Of a stretch of DNA of 64,000 nt, positions 1-13,029 are shown piece after piece; position 1 is the stretch's first letter, and the number at the start of each line of letters is the position of its first letter. The notes beneath the pieces were generated by a model. That model was given only the letters and a program-made list of their open reading frames with translations, made no database searches and was not told the origin of the DNA. The position numbers and the translations under genes were made by a program. The DNA comes from Okamejei kenojei (taxonomy: Eukaryota): positions 23,498,001 through 23,562,000 of the forward strand of contig CM069162.1 in the NCBI GenBank assembly GCA_035221665.1, given 5' to 3'.

Positions 1-331
1 GTATTGATCAACGAATAGCACAAATTAATCTGCAAAACCAAATGAAGCATAATTAAAGGATTTTTTATCAAATCACTTGGAACAAATTACATTACACGAC
101 ATTTGAAAACACCTACATTAAATCTGTGCCATCCTAGACAAAAATGTATTGTCAACAACTCCTTGGTATCTACAAGCCTGCTTGCTACTCACTATTCTAA
201 AACAAGATTTACTGATGAATGTGGAAGTATTTTGCCCACCATATTGGCTGCTGTCAACGGTTTCAATAGAACAGATTTTATACAACTTTTGGTGCAATAA
301 CAAAACACAATTCGTCACTAGAGCGGCATAC

Positions 332-432
332 CGTTCCACTCCGTGTCCGCTGCATTGGATGCACTTCAGGGGAACTGCTCATTAAACCTGAACTGCCAGC
401 ATAGTTCTCCCCCCAACTATACTGATTAGGAT
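332..432 (-). CDS. PANK4: PANK4 exon 9; gene continues beyond the left window edge
   Basis: ttcag|AT CCT...GGA ACG|gtatg; encodes (N)[33 protein letters not shown], matching vertebrate PANK4. Confidence 0.95.
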
Positions 433-1130
433 CTGAAAGGTAAAAGATAGGGTCAAAAGTAATAAGATGAGATGGCCATGGAAGGGCTACAGTTTTGATA
501 GCAGTGAAAATGTAAGCATTACTAAAATGAAATAGATTTACCAAAAACCAATGCACACCCAGAAACCCTACGCAAATTCTACCATGGAGAGCAATTACCA
601 TGAATGTCATAATCTGGACAAGTTGCACGTATTCTACTCAAATGAATCAAGTTGAGGGACGTTACATCCTGAGGATAGCCCGCATTATGATAGTGTACAT
701 TCTTTAAATAAGAATTAAGAGCACAGAGAATCTAAGATGAACACAAGAGTGTATGTGTATTGATGGAGAGGTACTGTTCCTATTGGTGAAGGGTCATAAC
801 TAAATCAGATCTAGTCCACTCAGTGGGGATATCAGGAAACACTTCTTCACATTACGGATCATGGAAAATTTGGAACTCTTGCTCCCAAAATTGCTGCGAT
901 TTCTAAGTTTCTAAGAAAAAATTCTAAGTAGACGACAGATGTTTCAGATAATTTTTCACTTTGAATCTATAACATTAAGATACAGATCGGAAGTGATCTA
1001 AATGAGAGACAGATCAGAATCAAATGAGTGAAACATTTACTTTCACTTAGAACTGGACCCACAATTCAGAGGTGAAAAATAATCTACCAAATTTTAACCA
1101 TAACTGAATTACATTGAAATAAGTGCTTAC

Positions 1131-1212
1131 TGTCCTCTTCTGCTCCCTTCAGGAAGGCGCCGATGGCGCCAAGATATCCTTCATGTCTCAGAAAGAGTGC
1201 CTGGACTTCACC
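1131..1212 (-). CDS. PANK4: PANK4 exon 8
   Basis: ttag|GGT GAA...GAC A|gtaag; [27 protein letters not shown], 82 nt, phase fits neighbours. Confidence 0.96.
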
Positions 1213-1440
1213 CTAACCACCAAATAAGATAAAACCAGCCATAAACAACAATAAATGCGTAATTCCACTGAATTTCACATTTGTAAAGAAATTAATAAGG
1301 TTTTAGGATGGGAAAAGTTAACTGTTAAAACATTTTAGCTGAATGACTGTTGAGATTACTTGGAACAAGCAGCTCGCATGGTCCCCGCTTCCCAACCATT
1401 GCCGCGCGCCATCACCCACAACATTCGCCACGATTGGTAC

Positions 1441-1622
1441 CTTTGTGAAGTAGTTGATACTGTAGGTAATTGTGTGCATGGTAACAGGATGTCCACGGAT
1501 AAAAAAACCACCAAAGTAAACTCTGCTGAGATTATGCAGTTTGGCATACAGGCAAGCCAGTTGGCCGATGTCATTGCTGATCATGTGAAGTAAACTTTTG
1601 GCCATGTCCTCTTTAGTGAATT
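1441..1622 (-). CDS. PANK4: PANK4 exon 7
   Basis: gcag|AA TTC...ACA AAG|gtacc; [61 protein letters not shown]. Confidence 0.96.
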
Positions 1623-1981
1623 CTGCGCACAGAAAAACAACACAGATTGAATGCTCTGTAAGGCTAGGGGAAGCAAACAGGGGTTACACATGGATGAGAT
1701 ATTAATGTTTTTTGCAAAACAACACAAATCTCAAACATCACCTTTCTTAATAACTATTACAGAGGAAAAGAATGCAGATGAACATCTGAAACTTCATCAT
1801 ACACCAAGCGGTAAACTTCAGTTATACCACATTAAATCTGATGGTCCACAGTTTTACATGAAACAGTGAAAAATTCAAAAACAGGAATGAAAAGATGAAG
1901 GTGAAATGTGAAATTAGTCGTTGCGGCCACCTTGCCCCAAACAACAAGCCAACACCCAAATATCTACCAAGGCGCACCTAC

Positions 1982-2135
1982 CTTTATCTGTAGTCGCAGA
2001 TTTTCCAAAGCTACTAGCTATAAGGTCCCCAGTCAAGCCAAAGGATTCATATGCCCCTCCGTAAATGTCACGAACTAACATGTCTACATTAGTATGCTGC
2101 CCTCTTGATGCAAGTTGTAACAATTCATCAAAGCG
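1982..2135 (-). CDS. PANK4: PANK4 exon 6
   Basis: ccag|CGC TTT...AAA G|gtagg; [51 protein letters not shown]. Confidence 0.96.
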
Positions 2136-2479
2136 CTGGAAAGAAAAAATGAATGTCAAACATAAACTAATAATCAATCTTGGCTGATTAGGATGCAGAA
2201 AGGCAAACTTCAGGAAATGGTTTTTAAGTTGAAAATGCTGAATTGTGGCTAATTATTTTATTAATTTAGTTAATGGAGCATAACGATATTCTTTCACGAT
2301 GAACAACACATGAAAAAGCACAAGATTTCTCTGAGCAAGTATTTTGGGGAACAAGGCAGCATTTTAACTGGAATCTTCAACAGAATGATGCACCTGCCAT
2401 CCTTATCATTGTTGTGGAAGAACTCTTAAAACTGATTAAAGGTGTCAGCCATAATTGTAGGGGGCGAGGCAAAGCAGAA

Positions 2480-2815
2480 GGTCATGTTCTCAGGTACTGC
2501 TTCAAAAAGATATGCACAATATCTACATTGACACACATATGAGCAATCTGAGTAACATAAATGAGGCTCCATTCATCCTTTTAGATGCATCTAAAATTCC
2601 ATAGCACTTTCAAAAAGAAGTAATAATGTTTGCCTTTGTGCCCAAGCAATATTTCTCCCTCGAGCAATATTTCTCCCTCGATCAATATAATCGATTAAAC
2701 ATTGCTGTGGCCAAATCAGCTACTACATATTATAATACGGTTGGCTGCAATCCAAAGGTGTACGATACTTTTGATGTTTTGAAATTATGAAATGTGCTCC
2801 ATAAATGCATGTAAT
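2480..2815 (+). mobile_element. Decayed Deu-domain SINE (SacSINE1/AmnSINE1-like)
   Basis: Recognisable Deu core (ccatagcactttcaaaaagaag...caatatttctccctc...cattgctgt) and L2-type tail (tgaaatgtgctccataaatgcatgt); internal 18-bp tandem duplication near 2645-2680; recognised from memory of the consensus. Confidence 0.55.
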
Positions 2816-2966
2816 TTTATTTTGTTGAAATCCTTATATGGGCAGAGGACTGTCATGCCAATCCTTGAAGTTCTCTAATTTAAAACAGAATCAAAGACTG
2901 CTTCAAGCCTACACTTCTGGCCACGGATAGGCATATAAGAACAAGAGATAGAACAACAATAAATAC

Positions 2967-3059
2967 CTTTGTTTGTGTCAGCAAAGCTCCGAGTCCCCAA
3001 AATGTACCACCTCCTATTGAGCTTCCTCCTATTCGCTCAAATTGGTCTTCAGATTCCAC
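2967..3059 (-). CDS. PANK4: PANK4 exon 5
   Basis: gcag|GTG GAA...ACA AAG|gtatt; [31 protein letters not shown] (type II PanK GGGT motif). Confidence 0.96.
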
Positions 3060-4264
3060 CTGCATGGACAAAGGGAATCACAACAAAGATAAGAGAAAAT
3101 GTGTTCATTAGCATTTTACGATGCCCCATTTTCAAGGAGGAGTTGTGTGCATGCAACCCTCTCAAACACATCAACATATATTCAAACATATAGATTAAGT
3201 GCAGGAATAGGCCACTCTGGCTGGCAAACCTGCTCGTCTGCTTCATAGCATCACAGCTGGTCTGGTTGTAACCAGAGACACAAGGGACTGCAGGTACTGA
3301 AATCTCAAGCAAAAACAAACTGCTGGAAGAACTCAGCAGGTCAGGCAGTATAAAGGGTCAGGTAGATAACGGGCGGTCTGGAGGGCCCCAACCCAAAATG
3401 TTGTCCGTCCATTTATTTCCTCCAATTCTGTCTGACCTGCTGAGTTCCGCCAATACTTTGATGGTCGTAGGCTCATCTTTGTATTCCTGTCTACCCTTGG
3501 TAACTGATCACTCCTTGCTTATCTGGTAACTTTGGCCTTAACCTGTTCACTGCCAAGTTTTGTTTTCACTATTGGCCATGACCTGAGTATACTTGGGATG
3601 GCAATGAACAGGTTAAAAAAAGGTGCTGAGTCCAGCACCGTTTAAGGTCGAGGGTTCCAAAGATTAATTGTCGTAAAAGAACAAATGCCTTACTTTTAAA
3701 CCATGCGTTTTCTATTCTAACACAAGGTGAAATATCTTCTCCACCCTTCAAAGACGACTCAGGAATGTATCCATTTCCCTCCCACCTTTTCAAATCGAGT
3801 CTGTTCATAGTTTCTTTATAAGACAACCTGTTCCAGCTACTACACAAACAGATGTTCTGTGAAAAGTACAATCAGAACATCTGACAACCAATATTAGCTT
3901 CCCATTCAGAGTCTATCAGGTAAAACCCCACTTCAGTTTAAGCTTGGCACTCATGATGCAAGTCAGCATACTTTGACAAATTGATTGCCAGGACAAATAA
4001 CTTCAAAGCTGCAAATAAAACTGTACTTTGACAAATGGATGAATTTTAAAAGATTGTAACCAAGCTTCTGGATCAATTCAGTATGCTGTCTTTGAAAAGG
4101 TAAGAAGTCAACACATAGCAATAAGACATTGAAACACAATATGTAGCTGAATTTATTTTTGAGAGATAATCCTCTCAATTTTCTAAAATGGCCAAGAGCA
4201 GAACACAGCCACACTGCATTATTGTCGATCATTGACAGGGCTTAGGCAGGCAGGTCCTACTTAC

Positions 4265-4448
4265 CCGGACTATAGATACCCCTGACCCAATGTTGACCAA
4301 CAGGTAGGGAAAGATGTCTGGGTGTGTTGTCTGAAATCGGAATTCAGGGTCTGCATGCTTCACATACACAAAAGCCTCATGAGGAATATTTCGCAGAACA
4401 AAGTTGCAACCTTTGATTAAGCAAGTCATTTCATCTTCCTTATCCACT
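4265..4448 (-). CDS. PANK4: PANK4 exon 4
   Basis: gcag|A GTG GAT...GTC CGG|gtaag; [26 protein letters not shown]...[15 protein letters not shown]. Confidence 0.96.
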
Positions 4449-6386
4449 CTGCAAAGATATTGAAAGGTAAGCCTCAGTCAGAAAGCTGTGACACAAAACA
4501 TTATATTGACTGAAGCAACAGAATGAAATTATAAAATGAATTGTTGGCATTAAGCATAAATTATGAAGAACCTAACCTGAATTCTGTTCTAACAAGAGAA
4601 TCAAGTTAAAATGAATTAAGACTGAAATTGTTCAGAGTTCCAGCGTATGAAGAGCACAGCAACAGCAGAACAGCATGTTCTCCTGTATTCTCCTGAAAAC
4701 AGACTAAATCATGCAACAGAAATTATATGTGATTTCCAACCCATATGGCATGTATCTATCACTAGCTGAAACACCGTTTCTGCCTTTAAAATTCTCACTA
4801 TATCTTTTGACCAGTATTTACTTCAACTCTCCTAGCAGTGAGGTGTGTATTAAATACACAACACATACTGCGCCACATTCAGGAATACCATGTATGACCT
4901 GGTCTCACCGAGGGAGCAGGACAAATTATTCTCATCATTCACCATCGTTGAAAGCATTAGCGATAATTGGTGCTGGTTTCCAATGGGAAAATTAACCAAA
5001 ATATTACAAAGGATTGCAGAGGTATAACAGCAGAAGGAAGAAACAATTGAAGATTTTGAATGAAATTGCCAGGAGAGAAACTCACTCGCACTTGTAGGGT
5101 GTTGCATTAAAAAAAACTCACAAAAGTAGTTGATTAATAACTTTTAAATCTGAAATAACAAAACTTTGTCAGATAAGACACAAAACTGGAATAAAGATAT
5201 GCACAAGGCATTTCATTGAATGGGAGCTGAACTGCTTATTTCAATGACATTCAATATTGTTATGTCTCCCACATATCATCTCTCAAAAGCACAACATTTA
5301 GTCAAATAGGGAGGTTAAAAGAACATAGCGTTCAATCACTATTCAAACAGCACACGATCACATTATTCTCTGTATAAAATGAGGGCAGTAAAATTTCAGT
5401 ATGATCATTACATCCAAGTACATCAATAAAAAGGCTTTTTTTAAATTCAGTAACATACAGTTTTATTCATAATAGCAGCATATTAAAAAAAATCTGAAAC
5501 TAGACTCCAAATGCCCAGTATCCATAAAACAGTATTTTCCACCATAGCAATAGTTAACAACGTTTAATTAACAATTTAAAAAAAAACTGTCAGTTCAACC
5601 AGATACAAGGGTCATAAAATAAAGCAGAAACAAGGAGCTGCAGATGCTGGTTTCAAAAAAAAACAAAGTGCTGGAGCAAATCAGTGGGTCAGGCAGCATC
5701 AGTCTCAAGGGTCCCAACCAGAAACTTCACCTGTACATGTTCTCTCGGGATGCTTACTGACCCGCTGAGTTACACAAGCACTTTGTGCCTTTACTAGGTC
5801 ACAATATAAACCTTGGCCAACGTGAACAACATGAGAGGAGTATTGTAGCATAACACAGAAAGTATTAACCAGCTGCAATACATGCCCAGCTCACTGTACC
5901 TGACATCTTCCAGATTTACCCCACCAACTTTCTGATTCCTAATCTGTCCCTTCAATTTTCAGTATTAATAATCAATGGGAACATCAAGGCCATATTTTTT
6001 TGCTAATGCTGTTGCTAAAGTTAGGACCATGGTTAAACAAACACCGGTCCTTCAGACCACTGATTAATGCACAGGATAAATGACCCAGTTCATCCAAAAG
6101 TTAACTGCCATGTTTAATTAGGCATTCCAATTATTATCACACCCATACTTTACAATGCTTCAGAGAGTTTTCTGATTACATACACCAGAATCTGCAGTAC
6201 AATATTCCTCATCACTTACAGTACCCTCCATAATGTTTGGGACAAAGACCCATCATTTATTTATTTGCCTCTGTACTCCACAATTTGAAATTTGTAACAG
6301 AAAAAAATCACATGTGTTTAAAGTTTAAAGTTAAAAGGCCATTTTTATACATTTTGGTTTCACCATGTAGCAATTACAGCTGTGTT

Positions 6387-7164
6387 AGAGACAATAGGTG
6401 CAGGAGTAGGCCATACGGCTCTTCGAGTCATCACCGCTATTCAATGTGATCATGGCTGATCATCCCCAATCAGTACCCCATTCCTGCCTTCTCCCATATC
6501 CCCTGACTCCACTATCTTTAAGTGCTTATCTAGCTCTCTCTTGAAAGTATCCAGAGAACCGGCCTCCACCGCCCTCTGAGGCAGAGAATTCCACAGACTC
6601 ACAACTCTCTGTGAGAAAAAATGTTTCCTTGTCTCCGTTCTAAATGGCTTACCCCATATTCTTAAACTGTGGCCCCCGTTTCCGGACACTCCCAACATCG
6701 GGAACATGTTTCCTGCTTCTAGTGCAGGGGTTCTCAACCAGGGGGGAATTTCAGGTTTTATGGGGGGGGAATTGGGACCACAGATTAGCAAACTCAAACT
6801 GTTAAAATGTTGATCTTTTTATTGCCTTTGCATATTATTTGGAATGCACTTTTTGAGGCAGACAATCTTGGAAAGGAGGGGGGGGGGGAATGACATTCTG
6901 ACATATGGTGAAACGGGTGCATGGGGCAAACAAGGTTGAGAACCACTGTTCTAGTGTGTCCAAATCCTTAATAATCTTATATGTTTCAATAAGATCCTCA
7001 TCCTTCTAAACTCTAGAGTGTACAAGCCCAGCCGCTCCATTCTCTCAGCACATGACAGCCCGGCCATTCCGGGAATTAACCTTGTAAACCTACGCTGCAC
7101 TCCCTCAATAGCAAGAATGTCCTTCCTCAAATTAGGGGACCAAAACTGCACACAATACTCCAGG
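6387..7164 (-). mobile_element. CR1 (HER1-like) LINE 3' fragment inserted in the Tc1 element
   Basis: [28 protein letters not shown]...FFSQRVVSLWNSLP plus typical 3'UTR; flanked by tgtgtt at 6381-6386 and 7165-7170. Confidence 0.9.
6725..6948. mobile_element. hAT (Charlie-like) MITE nested in the CR1
   Basis: TIRs CAGGGGTTCTCAACC / GGTTGAGAACCACTG (14 of 15 match); 8-bp TSD TTCTAGTG at 6717-6724 and 6949-6956. Confidence 0.92.
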
Positions 7165-7931
7165 TGTGTTTATACATAGTCGCGCCCCTCCCCCATTTCA
7201 AGGCACCATGATGTTTGGGAAACAAGGCTTCACAGGTGTTTGTAATTGCTCAGGTGTGTTTAATTGCCTCCTTAATTCACAAATAAGAGAGCTCTCAGCA
7301 CCTAGTCTTTCCATCACCTTTGGAAACGTTTATTGCTGTTTATCAATTATCAACATGAGGACCAAAGTTGTGCCAATGAAAGTCAAAGAAGCCAATATGA
7401 GACTGAGATGTGAGAATAAAACTGTTAGAGACATCCGCCAAACCTTAAGCTTACCAAAATCAACTATTTGGAATGTAAACATTAAGAAGAAAGAGAGCAC
7501 TGGTGAGCTTACTAATTGCAAAGGGATAGGCAGGCCAAGGAAGACCTCCACAGCAGAAGAATTCTCTCTAAATAAAGAAAAATTCCCAAACACCTGTCCG
7601 ACAGATCAGAAACACTCTTCAGGAGTCAGGTGTGGATTTGTCAATGACCACTGTCTGCAGAAGACGCCATGAACAGAAATACAGAGGCTACACTGCAAGA
7701 TGCAAACCACTGGTTAGCCACAAAAATAGGATGGCCCGGTTACAGTTTGCCAAGGTACTTAAAAGAGCAACCACAGTTCAGGAAAAAAGGTCTTGTGGGC
7801 AGAGGAGATGAAGATTAACTCATATCAGAGTAATCGCAAGAGTAAAGTATGGAGGAGAGAAGGAACTGACTCATCGGTGTGACTTGGTGTCGTCACCATT
7901 GATTATCACTAACTTTGAAGCTTTCACTTAC

Positions 7932-8140
7932 TTCAGTCCTAGTTTCTTCTCAATCAGGTTTTTGAACTTGTGAGCACCGCCTCCAGTAGCTTTAATTACT
8001 TTGGTCTCGGTGTTGACCAGATGGGCTTTGATGAAGTCCAAACACGTTTCTATATAAGCATTTTCAAATTTAACAAAATGAAGTCTGGCAGTGATCTCTT
8101 CCTGAACTGAGATCTCATACAATGGCTCGTCATCATGACC
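7932..8140 (-). CDS. PANK4: PANK4 exon 3
   Basis: ccaag|GGT CAT...CTG AA|gtaag; [70 protein letters not shown]. Confidence 0.96.
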
Positions 8141-8902
8141 CTTGGGAAAACACAAACACAAGGACATGATCTGAAACATGGAATGCAAACACCGATACAT
8201 TTTTAGGAGAGGTATGTCACTGTGAAATTTGACAGCATAGAAATTCAATGTACTGGCCCCCAATAGAACCTCAGGCAGTTTGTAATCAGTCTTCTGAAAG
8301 AAGTTGATTAGCATGGTTTAATGTCCTGACTTCAAATAATTGAATCCATAAGAGAACAATATTAAAAACAAACCTCTCCAAATATTAAGCAACAGAAAAT
8401 TCAAATAGGAGAAACAAAAGCGTAAGTTGCCCAGACTTGATGGACTAAACTAGATTACATTCTTACTTTAGACATTAAGACATGAAGGTTCGGCCCAATT
8501 ACAAATTAATTTCAATCAAAGTTTTCATAACTATTTATACATTATGGTTTATGCTTATCAGCCAATCAGATTAAATCATGCCCCTTGTTTCAGTTTGTGC
8601 AGGAGCAATTAGTTTTTAGGAACTTTTCATCGTTACATTAACAGAAAGTTCCATCACAAGAGAACTTATTAAAAATTATTGTGCTTATGTTTTCCACCAG
8701 CTCATGAGTATCTTATTGCCCAGGATGTCTTCCCCTTCAATATACAAGCACACTTTCTACAGGGATCCAAGTGTACAGACCATTCTCAAACTATATTGCT
8801 GCAGCCGTCGGTTCATCTGGACAATGATAAATCTTCAGTGTTTTCCATGATCATCAATCCTGCAGCAAGTTATTGTTACAAAATTAATTAGATTAAATAC
8901 AA

Positions 8903-9204
8903 ACCAGAACCAGGGGTCACAATATAAGAAGACGGGATAGGCCATTTACGATTGAGATGAGGAAAAACGTTTCACCCAGAGAGTTGTTAATCTGTGGAAT
9001 TCTGCCAATGAAGGCAGTGGAGGCCAATTCACTGGATGTTTTCAAGAGATTTAGCTCTAATGGCTAAGGGAATCAAGGGATATGGGGAAAAAGTCAGAAT
9101 CGGGTACTGATTTTGGATGCTCAGCCGTGATCATGTTGAATGGCGGTGCTGGTTCGAAGGGCTCAATGGCCTACTCATACATCTATTTTCTATGTTTCCA
9201 TGTT
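8903..9204 (+). mobile_element. CR1 LINE 3' end fragment
   Basis: cccagagagttgttaatctgtggaattc...gaagggctcaatggcctactc...ctatgttt tail, shared with other CR1 copies in the window. Confidence 0.8.
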
Positions 9205-10182
9205 AATCCCAGCACCCAATTATTGCCTAGATTCAAAAATGTTCCTTCGTCAGCAGATATCATTAAATTCAACTCCATGATAGTGTCCATAACTTGCTCT
9301 ATATTTTCAGATTCCAACGCTCTCCCAGTCAATCGCTCATTATCCATTTTGAGCTCTTACAAAAGTTCAAATCCTAATCCAACTCTCACGTCCCGTTATT
9401 ACATGCCTACGATAATTCTTCAAATATCTACATATCTATTTTAAAATATTCTTCCCCTTGTTCCAATCTCCCCACGAGCACACTTTCCCATTACCACAAC
9501 TTCCTCCAGCCACACTCTCCAAGAACTCTCCATTCCTTCAATGCTTGCCCAGCCCCCATCCCCGTGATCCACAAAATAGTTATAATGTTTTCTTCTATCC
9601 TCCTTTAAAACTCCCCAAACGTTACCTTGAAGAGCAAACATTTGTACATCACTCATCATAGCATCCGCTTTTTTTGGCTGCTGATCATGTTTGGTCAATC
9701 ACTTACCACTGAAACAAAGTTCTTTATTTAAACTAATATATATTTGCAAATTATTTCAGGAATCAGTGTCAAAACTACCACCTAGCCCGCTGATCTTCAC
9801 CCAACCACAATATCAGTAGATTCCTCTCACCATATTCACCTATTAAATTAATCTAGGAGATAAGCATACTTGAGGGATGATTTACCTACTTCCCTTCTTT
9901 CCAAATATACCACAAGCATCGACATATTTTATAAAATTGAGAGCCTGACCATTCAGTAAGATATCAGACACACTGTAGAGTTAACAACAAAATACCCATG
10001 GTGAAATACCAGAATGACAGGTAAAAGTATATTTTTGTTAAAGATGGGGCAGGACAAGGGAGTAAAAAAGATGACTTGGCTGGAAAGATAAGATGTTCAA
10101 CCCCTCAATTACAGCCACAACAATTTTAGACTGATAATGGCCCCAGGGAATAGGTGCATTTGTAGACTCTTCACATACTTAC

Positions 10183-10265
10183 TCTGCCATAGTGATCGAA
10201 TGATCGCACTTTGGCGACCTTGTGCTGCACCGATGAGTAGTAGGCCAGCTTTGTCAAAGAGCCAC
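10183..10265 (-). CDS. PANK4: PANK4 exon 2
   Basis: aacag|GT GGC TCT...GGC AGA|gtaag; (G)[27 protein letters not shown], completing the DIGGSLTK ATP-binding loop. Confidence 0.96.
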
Positions 10266-11574
10266 CTGTTAACAAAGAACATGCTGCTAATTCTGTAGCT
10301 CACACAGGGCAACACAAGTCAAATACCTCTATAATGCACAGCTGTCACACCAATCTGACATACTGCCCATAAGATAGATAGTGAGGGTACAATTACATCA
10401 GGCTGGTGTATGCAATTATATGCAATCAATGTTGATGATCTACCTCAGCGGAGATCCCCAACTTCACAGAAACCAAATTTAAACTAGTTTGATTTATTCC
10501 ACTGTACATGAAGAAATGACTGATAACCAGGTACAGCAAAGAACATGGTAGGAGACAACATCTCTGTTCCAAAACTAAAGATATGCACTTTGGAGCTAAT
10601 TTCTAGTCAAGCTGTACTGTTAAGTTATTATCTGGTATTGTATATCACATCCATAAAGAACAGATGGAATCAAATTTGGCTTACTACCTAAACACTCTCA
10701 AATATCAGCACTGTAAATAAAGATATAATCCACTGTGTTATTTGGTAGCATTTGCTCACAAGATTCTGCTGTTAGGATTTCCCCAGATCTCATCATGAAC
10801 AAAGGCAGAACAAAGTATAATTCCAGAAGCAAAAGTCGAGGCAGTGTGTAACAGAAGCAAGGCACCAAGAAACCTTGTTTTGAAACTCAATGGGCTTCAA
10901 AAGATAAACAAACATCACCTATTCCTTTTCTCTAGGGATGGTGCATGACATGCCTGAGTTACTCCAGTTTTTTGTTTCTATCTTCGGTATGAACTGGCAT
11001 CTGTAGTTCTTTCCTTTGAAATCCAATGGCTGGAGTCATTAGCATAAAAATTGTGTCAGAAGGAACTGCAGATGCTGGTTTATACCGTAGATAGAAACAA
11101 AAAGCTGGAGTGACTCAGTGGGTCAGGCAGCATCTCTGGAGAAAAGGAATAGATAGGTGACGTTTTGGGTCAAGACCCTTCTTCAGACTAAGTCAAGAGA
11201 GAAGGAAATGAGAGATATGAAACGGTACATAGAACAAATAAATGAAAGGTTTGCAAGAAGACAAATTATAGCCAGCAACGATGACCAAGGAAAGTAGGAG
11301 CCCGTTGTTGGCTGCGACGAATGACACAAACAGTGAAACTCTGCATCTCTGGAGAGGGGGAATGGGTGACGTTTCGGTCGAGGCCCTTCTTCACTGATAA
11401 TGTGGGTAACGGAGGGATGCGAATCACGCGCAATCCGAATGGTTTAACTTGGCATCATATTCGTTGAAGACACCGAATTCCTGTGCTGCACCGCTCTGTG
11501 TAATTAGAAAGTCCAACACATACGTGTCCCGGACCGGCTGCTTACATTTAATCCACAAGTTGCACTTGTTTATG

Positions 11575-12013
11575 CCCCGCTGAGGGGGAGCGCGGGGTGA
11601 TGGGAGTTGTAGTTTATCGCGGCTCCGGGCACCGTCATCAAAGCGGCGGCGGGGCCCGGACGGACGACAAGTCCCAGAGGGCAGCGCGGGGGCCCGGCCC
11701 AGCCCAGCCCTCCCCTCCCCGCCGCAGGCCTCTGCTCCGCTCCTCGCCCCGCCGCCGCTCCCTCACCTATGTCGATGGCGAAGCTCTTGGCGTTCTCCAG
11801 GTTGCGGAATATCTCGTCGGGCGGCAGGGTGATGCTTTTGTCCAGGCCGCCCCGCGCCGAGCGCGCCGTCCACACGCCCGCGGCCACTTTCGTGCAGTCC
11901 GCCGCCATTGCCGTTTCCACAGCACCCGGCGCCGTGCGTAACCCTTGCGTAACACGCACGCAACGTGCCTCTGACGTTTGCGTCCCCCTCCCCTCCCCTC
12001 CCCCCCTCCCCTC
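11575..12013 (-). promoter_or_regulatory. PANK4 CpG-island promoter / first exon region
   Basis: Sharp GC/CpG rise; TTGCGTAA (C/EBP-PAR bZIP type) 11945-11952; TGACGT (CRE half-site) 11972-11977; ACTACAACTCCC (ZNF143/THAP11-type) on the minus strand near 11602-11613. Confidence 0.7.
11767..11908 (-). CDS. PANK4: PANK4 exon 1 (coding part)
   Basis: gcaATGg at 11908; [48 protein letters not shown]|gtgag; lies in a CpG island. Confidence 0.93.
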
Positions 12014-12890
12014 GCTAGGAGGCTGCAAGGTGACGTGCATAGGTTGGGTGAGTGGGCAAATGCATGGCAGATGCAGTGTAATGTGGATAAATGTAAGGTT
12101 ATCCACTTTGGTGGCAAAAACAGGAAAGCAGACTATCATCTGAATGGTGGCCGATTAGGAAACGAGGAGATGCAGCGAGACCTGGGTGTCATGGTACACC
12201 AGTCATTGAAAGTAGCCATGCAGGTGCGGCAGGCTGTGAAGAAAGCGAATGGTATGTTGGCATTCATAGCAAAAGGATTTAAGTACAAGAGCAGGGAGGT
12301 TCTACTGCAGTTGTACGGGGTCTTGGTGAGGCCACACCTGGAGTATTGCGTACAGTTTTGGTCTCCTAATCTGAGGAAAGACATTCTTGCCATAGAGGAG
12401 TACAGAGAAGGTTCACCAGACTGATTCCTGGGATGGCACAACTTCCATATAAAGAAAGACTGAATAGACTCGGCTTGTACTCACTGGAATTTAGAAGATT
12501 GAGGGGGGATCTTATAGAGACTTACAAAATTCTTAAGGGGTTGGACAGGCTAGATGCAGGAAGATTGTTTCCGATGTTGGGGATGTCCAGAACAAGGGGT
12601 CACAGTTTAAGGATAAGGGGGAAGTCTTTTAGGACCGAGATGAGAAAATAATTTTTCACACAGAAAGTGGTGAATCTGTGGAATTCTCTGCCACAGAAGG
12701 TAGTTGAGGCCAGTTCATTAGCTATATTTAAGAAGGAGTTAGATGTGGCCCTTGTGGCTAAAGGGATCAGGGGGTATGGAGAGAAGGCAGGTACAGGATA
12801 CCGAGTTGGATGATCAGCCATGATCATGTTGAATGGCGGTGCAGGCTCGAAGGGCCGAATGGCCTACTCCTGCACCTATTTTCTATGTTT
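12014..12890 (+). mobile_element. Young 5'-truncated CR1 LINE (RT C-terminus plus 3'UTR)
   Basis: [32 protein letters not shown]...[15 protein letters not shown]; ends ctattttctatgttt. Confidence 0.93.
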
Positions 12891-13029
12891 CTCCCCCTCC
12901 CCACTCACCTCCCCTCTCCCCTCTCCCCTCCCCCTCTCCCCCTCCCCGCTCCCCTCTCCACCTCCCCGCTCCCCTCTCCCCCTCCCCTCTCCCCCTCCCT
13001 TCTTCCCCTCCCCCCTCACCTCCCCCCCT
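12891..13029. repeat. (CTCCC)n-like pyrimidine tract
   Basis: Directly visible low-complexity C/T run. Confidence 0.9.

Larger units (their letters stand above)
6219..7870 (+). mobile_element. Tc1/mariner DNA transposon, 5' part (left IR/DR terminus plus frameshifted transposase N-terminus), interrupted by a CR1
   Basis: Starts TA|CAGT; direct repeat ccatRatgtttggga near 6228 and 7206; ORF 7166-7672 contains MRTKVVPMKVKEA...TVRDIRQTLSLPKSTIWN...GRPRKTS (paired-like HTH plus GRPR). Confidence 0.85.
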
